Both the position numbers and the translations under genes were made by a program. A stretch of 64,000 bases of DNA from Hydrurus foetidus (lineage: Eukaryota): contig UYFQ01000586.1 of the NCBI GenBank assembly GCA_900617105.1, forward strand, positions 1 to 64,000. Reading direction: 5' to 3'. The notes below the pieces were generated by a model. It had not been told where the DNA came from, did no database searches, and saw nothing but the letters and a program-made list of their open reading frames with translations. This document shows, one piece after another, positions 1 to 14,200 of this stretch (positions are counted from its first letter, which is position 1; each line of letters begins with the position of its first letter).

Positions 1-3000
1 TATGGTGTGATGTAGTATGGTATATGAATGTGCGATATGGTGCAGTGTAGTACGATATGGTGTGATGTAGTATGGTATATGAATGTGCGATATGGTGCAG
101 TGTAGTACGATATGGTGTGATGTAGTATGGTATATGAATGTGCGATATGGTGCAGTGTAGTACGATATGGTGTGATGTAGTATGGTATATGAATGTGCGA
201 TATGGTGCAGTGTAGTACGATATGGTGTGATGTAGTATGGTATATGAATGTGCGATATGGTGCAGTGTAGTACGATATGGTGTGATGTAGTATGGTATAT
301 GAATGTGCGATATGGTGCAGTGTAGTACGATATGGTGTGATGTAGTATGGTATATGAATGTGCGATATGGTGCAGTGTAGTACGATATGGTGTGATGTAG
401 TATGGTATATGAATGTGCGATATGGTGCAGTGTAGTACGATATGGTGTGATGTAGTATGGTATATGAATGTGCGATATGGTGCAGTGTAGTACGATATGG
501 TGTGATGTAGTATGGTATATGAATGTGCGATATGGTGCAGTGTAGTACGATATGGTGTGATGTAGTATGGTATATGAATGTGCGATATGGTGCAGTGTAG
601 TACGATATGGTGTGATGTAGTATGGTATATGAATGTGCGATATGGTGCAGTGTAGTACGATATGGTGTGATGTAGTATGGTATATGAATGTGCGATATGG
701 TGCAGTGTAGTACGATATGGTGTGATGTAGTATGGTATATGAATGTGCGATATGGTGCAGTGTAGTACGGTATGGTATGATGTAGTATGGTATATGAATG
801 TGCGATATGGTGCAGTGTAGTACGATATGGTGTGATGTAGTATGGTATATGAATGTGCGATATGGTGCAGTGTAGTACGATATGGTGTGATGTAGTATGG
901 TATATGAATGTGCGATATGGTGCAGTGTAGTACGATATGGTGTGATGTAGTATGGTATATGAATGTGCGATATGGTGCAGTGTAGTACGGTATGGTGTGA
1001 TGTAGTATGGTATATGAATGTGCGATATGGTGCAGTGTAGTACGATATGGTGTGATGTAGTATGGTATATGAATGTGCGATATGGTGCAGTGTAGTACGG
1101 TATGGTGTGATGTAGTATGGTATATGAATGTGCGATATGGTGCAGTGTAGTACGATATGGTGTGATGTAGTATGGTATATGAATGTGCGATATGGTGCAG
1201 TGTAGTACGATATGGTGTGATGTAGTATGGTATATGAATGTGCGATATGGTGCAGTGTAGTACGGTATGGTGTGATGTAGTATGGTATATGAATGTGCGA
1301 TATGGTGCAGTGTAGTACGATATGGTGTGATGTAGTATGGTATATGAATGTGCGATATGGTGCAGTGTAGTACGATATGGTGTGATGTAGTATGGTATAT
1401 GAATGTGCGATATGGTGCAGTGTAGTACGATATGGTGTGATGTAGTATGGTATATGAATGTGCGATATGGTGCAGTGTAGTACGATATGGTGTGATGTAG
1501 TATGGTATATGAATGTGCGATATGGTGCAGTGTAGTACGATATGGTGTGATGTAGTATGGTATATGAATGTGCGATATGGTGCAGTGTAGTACGATATGG
1601 TGTGATGTAGTATGGTATATGAATGTGCGATATGGTGCAGTGTAGTACGATATGGTGCAGTGTAGTACGATATGGTGTGATGTAGTATGGTATATGAATG
1701 TGCGATATGGTGCAGTGTAGTACGATATGGTGTGATGTAGTATGGTATATGAATGTGCGATATGGTGCAGTGTAGTACGATATGGTGCAGTGTAGTACGA
1801 TATGGTGTGATGTAGTATGGTATATGAATGTGCGATATGGTGCAGTGTAGTACGATATGGTGCAGTGTAGTACGGTATGGTGTGATGTTGTATGGTATAT
1901 GAATGTGCGATATGGTGCAGTGTAGTACGATATGGTGCAGTGTAGTACGATATGGTGTGATGTAGTATGGTATATGAATGTGCGATATGGTGCAGTGTAG
2001 TACGATATGGTGCAGTGTAGTACGATATGGTGTGATGTAGTATGGTATATGAATGTGCGATATGGTGCAGTGTAGTACGATATGGTGTGATGTAGTATGG
2101 TATATGAATGTGCGATATGGTGCAGTGTAGTACGATATGGTGCAGTGTAGTACGATATGATGTGATGTAGTATGGTATATGAATGTGCGATATGGTGCAG
2201 TGTAGTACGGTATGGTGTGATGTAGTATGGTATATGAATGTGCGATATGGTGCAGTGTAGTACGATATGGTGCAGTGTAGTACGGTATGGTGTGATGTTG
2301 TATGGTATATGGATGTGCGATATGGTGCAGTGTAGTACGATATGGTGCAGTGTAGTACGATATGGTGTGATGTAGTATGGTATATGAATGTGCGATATGG
2401 TGCAGTGTAGTACGATATGGTGCAGTGTAGTACGATATGGTGTGATGTAGTATGGTATATGAATGTGCGATATGGTGTGTGTAGTATGGTATATGAATGT
2501 GCGATATGGTGCAGTGTAGTACGGTATATGAATGTGCGACATGGTATAGTGTATGTACGATATGGTGCAGTGTAGTACGATATGGTGTGATGTAGTATGG
2601 TATATGAATGTGCGATATGGTGCAGTGTAGTACGATATGGTGTGATGTAGTATGGTATATGAATGTGCGATATGGTGCAGTGTAGTACGATATGGTGTGA
2701 TGTAGTATGGTATATGAATGTGCGATATGGTGCAGTGTAGTACGTATGGTATGGTGATGATGTAGTATGGTATATGAATGTGCGATATGGTGCAGTGTAG
2801 TACGATATGGTGTGATGTAGTATGGTATATGAATGTGCGATATGGTGCAGTGTAGTACGATATGGTGCAGTGTAGTACGATATGGTGTGATGTAGTATGG
2901 TATATGAATGTGCGATATGGTGCAGTGTAGTACGATATGGTGCAGTGTAGTACGGTATGGTGTGATGTAGTATGGTATATGAATGTGCGATATTGTGCAG

Positions 3001-6000
3001 TGTAGTACGGTATGGTGCAGTGTAGTACGATATGGTGTGATGTAGTATGGTATATGAATGTGCGATATGGTGCAGTGTAGTACGATATGATGTGATGTAG
3101 TATGGTATATGAATGTGCGATATGGTGTGATGTAGTATGGTATATGAATGTGCGATATGGTGCAGTGTAGTACGATATGGTGTGATGTAGTATGGTATAT
3201 GAATGTGCGATATGGTGCAGTGTAGTACGATATGGTGCAGTGTAGTAGATATGGTGTGATGTATGAATGAATGTGCGATATGGTGCAGTGTAGTACGGTA
3301 TGGTGTGATGTAGTATGGTATATGAATGTGCGATATGGTGCAGTGTAGTACGATATGGTGTGATGTAGTATGGTATATGAATGTGCGATATGGTGCAGTG
3401 TAGTACGATATGGTGTGATGTAGTATGGTATATGAATGTGCGATATGGTGCAGTGTAGTACGATATGGTGCAGTGTAGTACGATATGGTGTGATGTAGTA
3501 TGGTATATGAATGTGCGATATGGTGCAGTGTAGTACGATATGGTGTGATGTAGTATGGTATATGAATGTGCGATATGGTGCAGTGTAGTACGTATGGTGT
3601 GATGTAGTATGGTATATGAATGTGCGATATGGTGCAGTGTAGTACGATATGGTGTGATGTAGTATGGTATATGAATGTGCGATATGGTGCAGTGTAGTAC
3701 GATATGGTGTGATGTAGTATGGTATATGAATGTGCGATATGGTGCAGTGTAGTACGATATGGTGTGATGTAGTATGGTATATGAATGTGCGATATGGTGC
3801 AGTGTAGTACGATATGGTGCAGTGTAGTACGATATGGTGTGATGTAGTATGGTATATGAATGTGCGATATGGTGCAGTGTAGTACGATATGGTGTGATGT
3901 AGTATGGTATATGAATGTGCGATATGGTGCAGTGTAGTACGATATGGTGTGATGTAGTATGGTATATGAATGTGCGATATGGTGCAGTGTAGTACGATAT
4001 GGTGTGATGTAGTATGGTATATGAATGTGCGATATGGTGCAGTGTAGTACGATATGGTGTGATGTAGTATGGTATATGAATGTGCGATATGGTGCAGTGT
4101 AGTACGATATGGTGTGATGTAGTATGGTATATGAATGTGCGATATGGTGCAGTGTAGTACGATATGGTGTGATGTAGTACGGTATATGAATGTGCGATAT
4201 GGTGCAGTGTAGTACGATATGGTGCAGTGTAGTACGATATGGTGTGATGTAGTATGGTATATGAATGTGCGATATGGTGCAGTGTAGTACGATATGTTGT
4301 GATGTAGTATGGTATATGAATGTGCGATATGGTGCAGTGCAGTACGATATGGTGCAGTGTAGTACGATATGGTGTGATGTAGTATGGTATATGAATGTGC
4401 GATATGGTGCAGTGTAGTACGATATGGTGCAGTGTAGTACGATATGGTGTGATGTAGTATGGTATATGAATGTGTGATATGGTGCAGTGTAGTACGATAT
4501 GGTGCAGTGTAGTACGATATGGTGTGATGTAGTATGGTATATGAATGTGCGATATGGTGCAGTGTAGTACGATATGGTGTGATGTAGTATGGTATATGAA
4601 TGTGCGATATGGTGCAGTGTAGTACGATATGGTGCAGTGTAGTACGATATGGTGTGATGTAGTATGGTATATGAATGTGCGATATGGTGCAGTGTAGTAC
4701 GATATGGTGTGATGTAGTATGGTATATGAATGTGCGATATGGTGCAGTGTAGTACGATATGGTGCAGTGTAGTACGATATGGTGTGATGTAGTATGGTAT
4801 ATGAATGTGCGATATGGTGCAGTGTAGTACGATATGGTGTGATGTAGTATGGTATATGAATGTGCGATATGGTGCAGTGTAGTACGATATGGTGTGATGT
4901 AGTATGGTATATGAATGTGCGATATGGTGCAGTGTAGTACGATATGGTGCAGTGTAGTACGATATGGTGTGATGTAGTATGGTATATGAATGTGCGATAT
5001 GGTGCAGTGTAGTACGATATGGTGTGATGTAGTATGGTATATGAATGTGCGATATGGTGCAGTGTAGTACGATATGGTGCAGTGTAGTACGATATGGTGT
5101 GATGTAGTATGGTATATGAATGTGCGATATGGTGCAGTGTAGTACGATATGGTGCAGTGTAGTACGGTATGGTGTGATGTTGTATGGTATATGAATGTGC
5201 GATATGGTGCAGTGTAGTACGGTATGGTGCAGTGTAGTACGATATGGTGTGATGTAGTATGGTATATGAATGTGCGATATGGTGCAGTGTAGTACGATAT
5301 GGTGTGATGTAGTATGGTATATGAATGTGCGATATGGTGCAGTGTAGTACGGTATGGTGCAGTGTAGTACGATATGGTGTGATGTAGTATGGTATATGAA
5401 TGTGCGATATGGTGCAGTGTAGTACGGTATGCTGTGATGTAGTATGGTATATGAATGTGCGATATGGTGCAGTGTAGTACGGTATGGTGCAGTGTAGTAC
5501 GGTATGGTGTGATGTTGTATGGTATATGAATGTGCGATATGGTGCAGTGTAGTACGATATGGTGCAGTGTAGTACGATATGGTGTGATGTTGTATGGTAT
5601 ATGAATGTGCGATATGGTGCAGTGTAGTACGATATGGTGCAGTGTAGTACGGTATGGTGTGATGTTGTATGGTATATGAATGTGCGATATGGTGCAGTGT
5701 AGTACGATATATGGTGCAGTGTAGTACGATATGGTGTGATGTAGTATGGTATATGAATGTGCGATATGGTGCAGTGTAGTACGATATGGTGTGATGTAGT
5801 ATGGTATATGAATGTGCGATATGGTGCAGTGTAGTACGGTATGGTGCAGTGTAGTACGATATGGTGTGATGTAGTATGGTATATGAATGTGCGATATGGT
5901 GCAGTGTAGTACGGTATGCTGTGATGTAGTATGGTATATGAATGTGCGATATGGTGCAGTGTAGTACGGTATGGTGCAGTGTAGTACGGTATGGTGTGAT

Positions 6001-9000
6001 GTTGTATGGTATATGAATGTGCGATATGGTGCAGTGTAGTACGGTATGGTGCAGTGTAGTACGATATGGTGTGATGTAGTATGGTATATGAATGTGCGAT
6101 ATGGTGCAGTGTAGTACGATATGGTGCAGTGTAGTACGATATGGTGTGATGTAGTATGGTATATGAATGTGCGATATGGTGCAGTGTAGTACGATATGGT
6201 GCAGTGTAGTATGGTATATGAATGTGCGACATGGTGCAGTGTAGTACGATATGGTGCAGTGTAGTACGATATGGTGTGATGTAGTATGGTATATGAATGT
6301 GCGATATGGTGCAGTGTAGTACGATATGGTGTGATGTAGTATGGTATATGAATGTGCGATATGGTGCAGTGTAGTACGATATGGTGCAGTGTAGTATGGT
6401 ATATGAATGTGCGACATGGTGCAGTGTAGTACGATATGGTGCAGTGTAGTACGATATGGTGTGATGTAGTATGGTATATGAATGTGCGATATGGTGCAGT
6501 GTAGTACGATATGGTGCAGTGTAGTACGATATGGTGTGATGTAGTATGGTATATGAATGTGCGATATGGTGCAGTGTAGTACGATATGGTGTGATGTAGT
6601 ATGGTATATGAATGTGCGATATGGTGCAGTGTAGTACGATATGGTGCAGTGTAGTACGATATGGTGTGATGTAGTATGGTATATGAATGTGCGATATGGT
6701 GCAGTGTAGTACGATATGGTGCAGTGTAGTACGATATAGTGTGATGTTGTATGGTATATGAATGTGCGATATGGTGCAGTGTAGTACGGTATGGTGCAGT
6801 GTAGTACGATATGGTGTGATGTAGTATGGTATATGAATGTGCGATATGGTGCAGTGTAGTACGATATGGTGCAGTGTAGTACGATATATGGTGTGATGTA
6901 GTATGGTATATGAATGTGCGATATGGTGCAGTGTAGTACGATATGGTGTGATGTAGTATGGTATATGAATGTGCGATATGGTGCAGTGTAGTACGATATG
7001 GTGCAGTGTAGTACGATATGGTGTGATGTAGTATGGTATATGAATGTGCGATATGGTGCAGTGTAGTACGATATGGTGTGATGTAGTATGGTATATGAAT
7101 GTGCGATATGGTGCAGTGTAGTACGATATGGTGTGATGTAGTATGGTATATGAATGTGCGATATGGTGCAGTGTAGTACGATATGGTGTGATGTAGTATG
7201 GTATATGAATGTGCGATATGGTGCAGTGTAGTACGATATGGTGTGATGTAGTATGGTATATGAATGTGCGATATGGTGCAGTGTAGTACGATATGGTGCA
7301 GTGTAGTACGATATGGTGTGATGTAGTATGGTATATGAATGTGCGATATGGTGCAGTGTAGTACGGTATGGTGTGATGTAGTATGGTATATGAATGTGCG
7401 ATATGGTGCAGTGTAGTACGATATGGTGTGATGTAGTATGGTATATGAATGTGCGATATGGTGCAGTGTAGTACGATATGGTGTGATGTAGTATGGTATA
7501 TGAATGTGCGATATGGTGCAGTGTAGTACGATATGGTGTGATGTAGTATGGTATATGAATGTGCGATATGGTGCAGTGTAGTACGATATGGTGTGATGTA
7601 GTATGGTATATGAATGTGCGATATGGTGCAGTGTAGTACGATATGGTGCAGTGTAGTACGATATGGTGTGATGTAGTATGGTATATGAATGTGCGATATG
7701 GTGCAGTGTAGTACGATATGGTGTGATGTAGTATGGTATATGAATGTGCGATATGGTGCAGTGTAGTACGATATGGTGTGATGTAGTATGGTATATGAAT
7801 GTGCGATATGGTGCAGTGTAGTACGATATGGTGTGATGTAGTATGGTATATGAATGTGCGATATGGTGCAGTGTAGTACGATATGGTGTGATGTAGTATG
7901 GTATATGAATGTGCGATATGGTGCAGTGTAGTACGATATGGTGTGATGTAGTATGGTATATGAATGTGCGATATGGTGCAGTGTAGTACGATATGGTGTG
8001 ATGTAGTATGGTATATGAATGTGCGATATGGTGCAGTGTAGTACGATATGGTGCAGTGTAGTACGATATGGTGTGATGTAGTATGGTATATGAATGTGCG
8101 ATATGGTGCAGTGTAGTACGATATGGTGTGATGTAGTATGGTATATGAATGTGCGATATGGTGCAGTGTAGTACGATATGGTGCAGTGTAGTACGATATG
8201 GTGTGATGTAGTATGGTATATGAATGTGCGATATGGTGCAGTGTAGTACGGTATGGTGCAGTGTAGTACGATATGGTGTGATGTAGTATGGTATATGAAT
8301 GTGCGATATGGTGCAGTGTAGTACGATATGGTGCAGTGTAGTACGATATGGTGTGATGTAGTATGGTATATGAATGTGCGATATGGTGCAGTGTAGTACG
8401 ATATGGTGTGATGTAGTATGGTATATGAATGTGCGATATGGTGCAGTGTAGTACGATATGGTGCAGTGTAGTACGATATGGTGTGATGTAGTATGGTATA
8501 TGAATGTGCGATATGGTGCAGTGTAGTACGATATGGTGTGATGTAGTATGGTATATGAATGTGCGATATGGTGCAGTGTAGTACGATATGGTGCAGTGTA
8601 GTACGATATGGTGTGATGTAGTATGGTATATGAATGTGCGATATGGTGCAGTGTAGTACGATATGGTGTGATGTAGTATGGTATATGAATGTGCGATATG
8701 GTGCAGTGTAGTACGATATGGTGTGATGTAGTATGGTATATGAATGTGCGATATGGTGCAGTGTAGTACGATATGGTGCAGTGTAGTACGATATGGTGTG
8801 ATGTAGTATGGTATATGAATGTGCGATATGGTGCAGTGTAGTACGATATGGTGTGATGTAGTATGGTATATGAATGTGCGATATGGTGCAGTGTAGTACG
8901 ATATGGTGCAGTGTAGTACGTATGGTGTGATGTAGTATGGTATATGAATGTGCGATATGGTGCAGTGTAGTACGATATGGTGCAGTGTAGTACGGTATGG

Positions 9001-11243
9001 TGTGATGTAGTATGGTATATGAATGTACGATATGGTGCAGTGTAGTACGGTATGGTGCAGTGTAGTACGATATGGTGTGATGTAGTATGGTATATGAATG
9101 TGCGATATGGTGCAGTGTAGTACGATATGGTGCAGTGTAGTACGATATGGTGTGATGTAGTATGGTATATGAATGTGCGATATGGTGCAGTGTAGTACGA
9201 TATGGTGTGATGTAGTATGGTATATGAATGTGCGATATGGTGCAGTGTAGTACGATATGGTGCAGTGTAGTACGGTATGGTGTGATGTAGTATGGTATAT
9301 GAATGTGCGATATGGTGCAGTGTAGTACGGTATGGTGTGATGTAGTATGGTATATGAATGTGCGATATGGTGCAGTGTAGTACGGTATGGTGTGATGTAG
9401 TATGGTATATGAATGTGCGATATGGTGCAGTGTAGTACGATATGGTGTGATGTAGTATGGTATATGAATGTGCGATATGGTGCAGTGTAGTACGATATGG
9501 TGTGATGTAGTATGGTATATGAATGTGCGATATGGTGCAGTGTAGTACGATATGGTGCAGTGTAGTACGATATGGTGTGATGTAGTATGGTATATGAATG
9601 TGCGATATGGTGCAGTGTAGTACGGTATGGTGTGATGTAGTATGGTATATGAATGTGCGATATGGTGCAGTGTAGTACGATATGGTGTGATGTAGTATGG
9701 TATATGAATGTGCGATATGGTGCAGTGTAGTACGATATGGTGTGATGTAGTATGGTATATGAATGTGCGATATGGTGCAGTGTAGTACGATATGGTGTGA
9801 TGTAGTATGGTATATGAATGTGCGATATGGTGCAGTGTAGTACGATATGGTGTGATGTAGTATGGTATATGAATGTGCGATATGGTGCAGTGTAGTACGA
9901 TATGGTGCAGTGTAGTACGATATGGTGTGATGTAGTATGGTATATGAATGTGCGATATGGTGCAGTGTAGTACGATATGGTGTGATGTAGTATGGTATAT
10001 GAATGTGCGATATGGTGCAGTGTAGTACGATATGGTGTGATGTAGTATGGTATATGAATGTGCGATATGGTGCAGTGTAGTACGATATGGTGTGATGTAG
10101 TATGGTATATGAATGTGCGATATGGTGCAGTGTAGTACGATATGGTGTGATGTAGTATGGTATATGAATGTGCGATATGGTGCAGTGTAGTACGATATGG
10201 TGTGATGTAGTATGGTATATGAATGTGCGATATGGTGCAGTGTAGTACGATATGGTGTGATGTAGAACGGTATATGAATGTGCGATATGGTGCAGTGTAG
10301 TACGATATGGTGCAGTGTAGTACGATATGGTGTGATGTAGTATGGTATATGAATGTGCGATATGGTGCAGTGTAGTACGATATGTTGTGATGTAGTATGG
10401 TATATGAATGTGCGATATGGTGCAGTGTAGTACGATATGGTGCAGTGTAGTACGATATGGTGTGATGTAGTATGGTATATGAATGTGCGATATGGTGCAG
10501 TGTAGTACGGTATGGTGCAGTGTAGTACGATATGGTGTGATGTAGTATGGTATATGAATGTGCGATATGGTGCAGTGTAGTACGATATGGTGCAGTGTAG
10601 TACGATATGGTGTGATGTAGTATGGTATATGAATGTGCGATATGGTGCAGTGTAGTACGATATGGTGTGATGTAGTATGGTATATGAATGTGCGATATGG
10701 TGCAGTGTAGTACGATATGGTGTGATGTAGTATGGTATATGAATGTGCGATATGGTGCAGTGTAGTACGATATGGTGTGATGTAGTATGGTATATGAATG
10801 TGCGATATGGTGCAGTGTAGTACGATATGGTGCAGTGTAGTACGATATGGTGTGATGTAGTATGGTATATGAATGTGCGATATGGTGCAGTGTAGTACGA
10901 TATGGTGTGATGTAGTATGGTATATGAATGTGCGATATGGTGCAGTGTAGTACGATATGGTTCAGTGTAGTACGATATGGTGTGATGTAGTATGGTATAT
11001 GAATGTGCGATATGGTGCAGTGTAGTACGGTATGGTGCAGTGTAGTACGATATGGTGTGATGTAGTATGGTATATGAATGTGCGATATGGTGCAGTGTAG
11101 TACGATATGGTGCAGTGTAGTACGATATGGTGTGATGTAGTATGGTATATGAATGTGCGATATGGTGCAGTGTAGTACGATATGGTGTGATGTAGTATGG
11201 TATATGAATGTGCGATATGGTGCAGTGTAGTACGATATGGCAT
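1..11243. repeat. Tandem satellite, 55-bp unit TATGGTGTGATGTAG-TATGGTATATGAATGTGCGA-TATGGTGCAGTGTAGTACGA, with 75-bp variants carrying an extra copy of the last 20-mer; runs off the left edge of the window
   Basis: Period 55 is directly visible (TATGGTGTGA at 1, 56, 111...). The first ~1.6 kb is pure 55-mers, then 55- and 75-mers are mixed. The unit is 11 related pentamers. The array ends abruptly at ~11243. Confidence 0.98.
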
Positions 11244-11254
11244 GATGTACTAAC

Positions 11255-14200
11255 GAAGCACAGCAACGTTCAATTTGGTTTACAGCGCTGTGGTATATCA
11301 TCGAATAGAGCCTCTCCACAACTGATGAAGATGGATATATTTCGTGTTCTACCTGATTCGGTCTAGTTCTGCCATTAACCGAGACGTCTATGTCGCCAGA
11401 TTGATCTGAAAAGAAATAAAAATATTCAAAGCAAGAACAGAAGTAAAAGATAGAATGAAAATGAAAATAATTAAAATTAATTAAGAATAGAAAATGATAG
11501 GAACGAGTATGAAAATTGGATTGAGTTACGAAGTGGAATTTGAATTTGAGTTACGAAGTGGAATTGGAAGTTAGATGACCGGAATGGAATTCTAGCAGCC
11601 ACAGCAATACAGATTGTCTCAATCGGTAATAATAGCGGTGAAGATGATTGTTGATAATCAGAATATGATGATGATATCAGTAATAATGATGATAACAGTG
11701 AGGAAGAATGGTGAGGCATAGATAAATACAGCTCATACTAATTACATCCAACAAGTTGCTTATCGAAGTGCAAAGTAACGTAGTGTCGTACTACAAATCG
11801 CAATATTGGAATAGTAGGAAAATGGTTATCGATGAATTCGATGAAACGACTCCCTTCCCCTCCCTTTCTTCCCCCTCTCTCACCTCCTCTTACTTACTTT
11901 ACCTACCCCTCCCCTCTCTTCCTTTTCATACGTAGCCCCTCCCTCCCTCCCTCCCCACCTCCCAAATCACAACAATAAACTGACAGCACCCTTATGATAC
12001 ACTTGTACAAAAATACAAGAATGCAATACACATAAATACAAAACACCAATCAAGAATTAGGTTGACCCACGAACCGATGAAGCTTCTTCTCGAGCTGCTG
12101 TGACTTCTCCTCCTTGGCGTCATTCCATTCAGTAGAGCAATTGCAGGCTTGAATTCGGGTAACTTCGTTTTCTTGGCATCTTCTTTGAAGACCTAGATCA
12201 AGTTGGGCGGGGATGAAAAGTGGTGGGGGGTTATCAGGGAAGAAGGGAGGGGAAGAGAAATAGGCGGCGAATGGAAAATGGAAGAATCTGGAGGAAGAGG
12301 ATAATGAAGAGGATCAAGAATGAGGATCAGATCAGGATCAGAAGGGAAAAGAAAGGGAAGGAAATAGAGGTGGTTGTTATACGATGGGGAAAGGATAAGT
12401 AAGATGGAGGGAAGGGAGAGTGATAGTTAATCAAGAGAGACAAAGAAAGTGTAAAAGAAAAGAAAAGATAATAGTTGGAAATTGAAAGGAGTAAAGAGAG
12501 TTCAGATATAAAGGGAAGAAATGAAGAAGGAAGAATAAAAATAAGGAAAATAAATCTATTCTATTCACTAGAGCGACATAGAATATAAAAAAGCACATCA
12601 ATACGTGTCGTGCTTGCGTGTGTGATATCTTCTGTTGTGAGTTGTACGTACGGAGTGACTAACAGACGTACCTGGTCTTGCAGGCAGTCGTACGTGTAGA
12701 TGTCGATAGGCACCTCCGACCCCTTCACTGTCACCTGGGATACAGGAGAGAAGAAAGCAAGGGGGATAGAAGATTAGAATGCAAAGAAAGAAAGGTTTAG
12801 AAGATGAGGTACTTAGAAAGGCGAGAACATGAAGAATTGTGAAGAAAAAAGAGATGGTAAGCAGGCAAAGAAATCCAGGACAAAAAACTAATTCAGAAGA
12901 AATGAAGAATAAGGAGGAGGAAAAAGGAAGATCGATTTATTGTCCTTTGCAGAAGGACAGGTATCGAGAAAAGAAGAGAGTGCAGAGGAGAGAAAGAAGG
13001 AGAGACAGTGCAGGATAAGATCTAGGCTTCTCGTTTTTCAAGATCCACGTTTAATCTGGTACCCCTATACACGATATTTAGCTGTACCGTACTCAAACTG
13101 AAACAGTACGGTACAGTTAAATGTCGTGCACAGGGGTGGGTCCAGATTAAACATGGTCCTGGAATCAACGAGGAGCCTTCAGATATTATGTATAGAGATT
13201 CAAGAAGGGAGAAGTGATAGTGAATAAAGGAGAAGAAAGATGTGTAGAGAGGAGGAGAAGAGGAGGAAATTAATGATCGAAAGATAGTGTAGAATGAAAT
13301 ATCATTGGTAGGGAGAGGTACGTGGGATGAAGAGCACAAGAGTAGACATGAAGAGAAGTAGAGGGAAAGGAGCGGATAGACATAGATTGATTATATGAGG
13401 GGTCGGTTCAAGAGAAGATGATGCTACGAAATGTGGTAGAGTGGTTTGAAGTTGAGGATAATGGCAATGTTGCTGTCAGACGTGTCATCGCAGGTAGTCA
13501 AGAGTCGTGTTTGCTGTTATAGTTAAATTATCTGATATTATCCGTATTTCACTCTATTAAGAGACATGGGTTGAAGCACTGAGATGGAATATCATCTACA
13601 TAGATCATGATATCCTCGTGTTTAAGATTCTGCAAGAATAGATATTTAGGGGACAGGCGTTTATTTGGGAGCTCTCCTATCTCCCCCCCAACTCTCCTCT
13701 CTTCCTCTCTCTATCACGCACCTTGTCAATTCGTCTGCAGTGTTCTTTTCCCTCGTCACTCATCAACTCGTAGATGTTCTGACTCATCAGAATAGGAACG
13801 CCTGCAAGCAAAAAAAGGAAAAGAAAAGAAAAGAAAAAAGGGGAAATGAAGAAGTGTTTGTTTACATGTATGAATGAATGAATGAATGGATGAATGAATG
13901 GAGGGTGGGAGAGGTGAAGGGTAAGATGAGAGAAATAACAGGAAGTGTAAGGTCAGAAAGCGATCAAAGGTGAGTTGGATATTGATGAAATGCGCGCTTA
14001 GATGGTGTATGAGTGAGAACAGGGAGGAGAGTTGTCAATGCAGGCATGTAAAGATGACGTGTGTTGAAGTATAGGGTTAGGGGTTAAATAGGTGATGTGT
14101 TAGGATGGCTGATAATGATCATGGTCGCGAAGATTACAGTGATGATAACAATGACATCGGTGATAATGATAGTGATTATGGCTGATGGTAGTGATGAATG

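Noticed and set aside
1..11243. Satellite as a CRISPR array or coding repeat (ORF 10962-11243)
   Set aside because: Head-to-tail repeats without unique spacers, no cas genes and a eukaryotic context. The minus-strand ORF is just the translated repeat, which lacks stops on that strand.
14072..14087. TAGGGTTAGGGGTTA telomere-like motif
   Set aside because: Only about two imperfect units inside an intron, consistent with chance.
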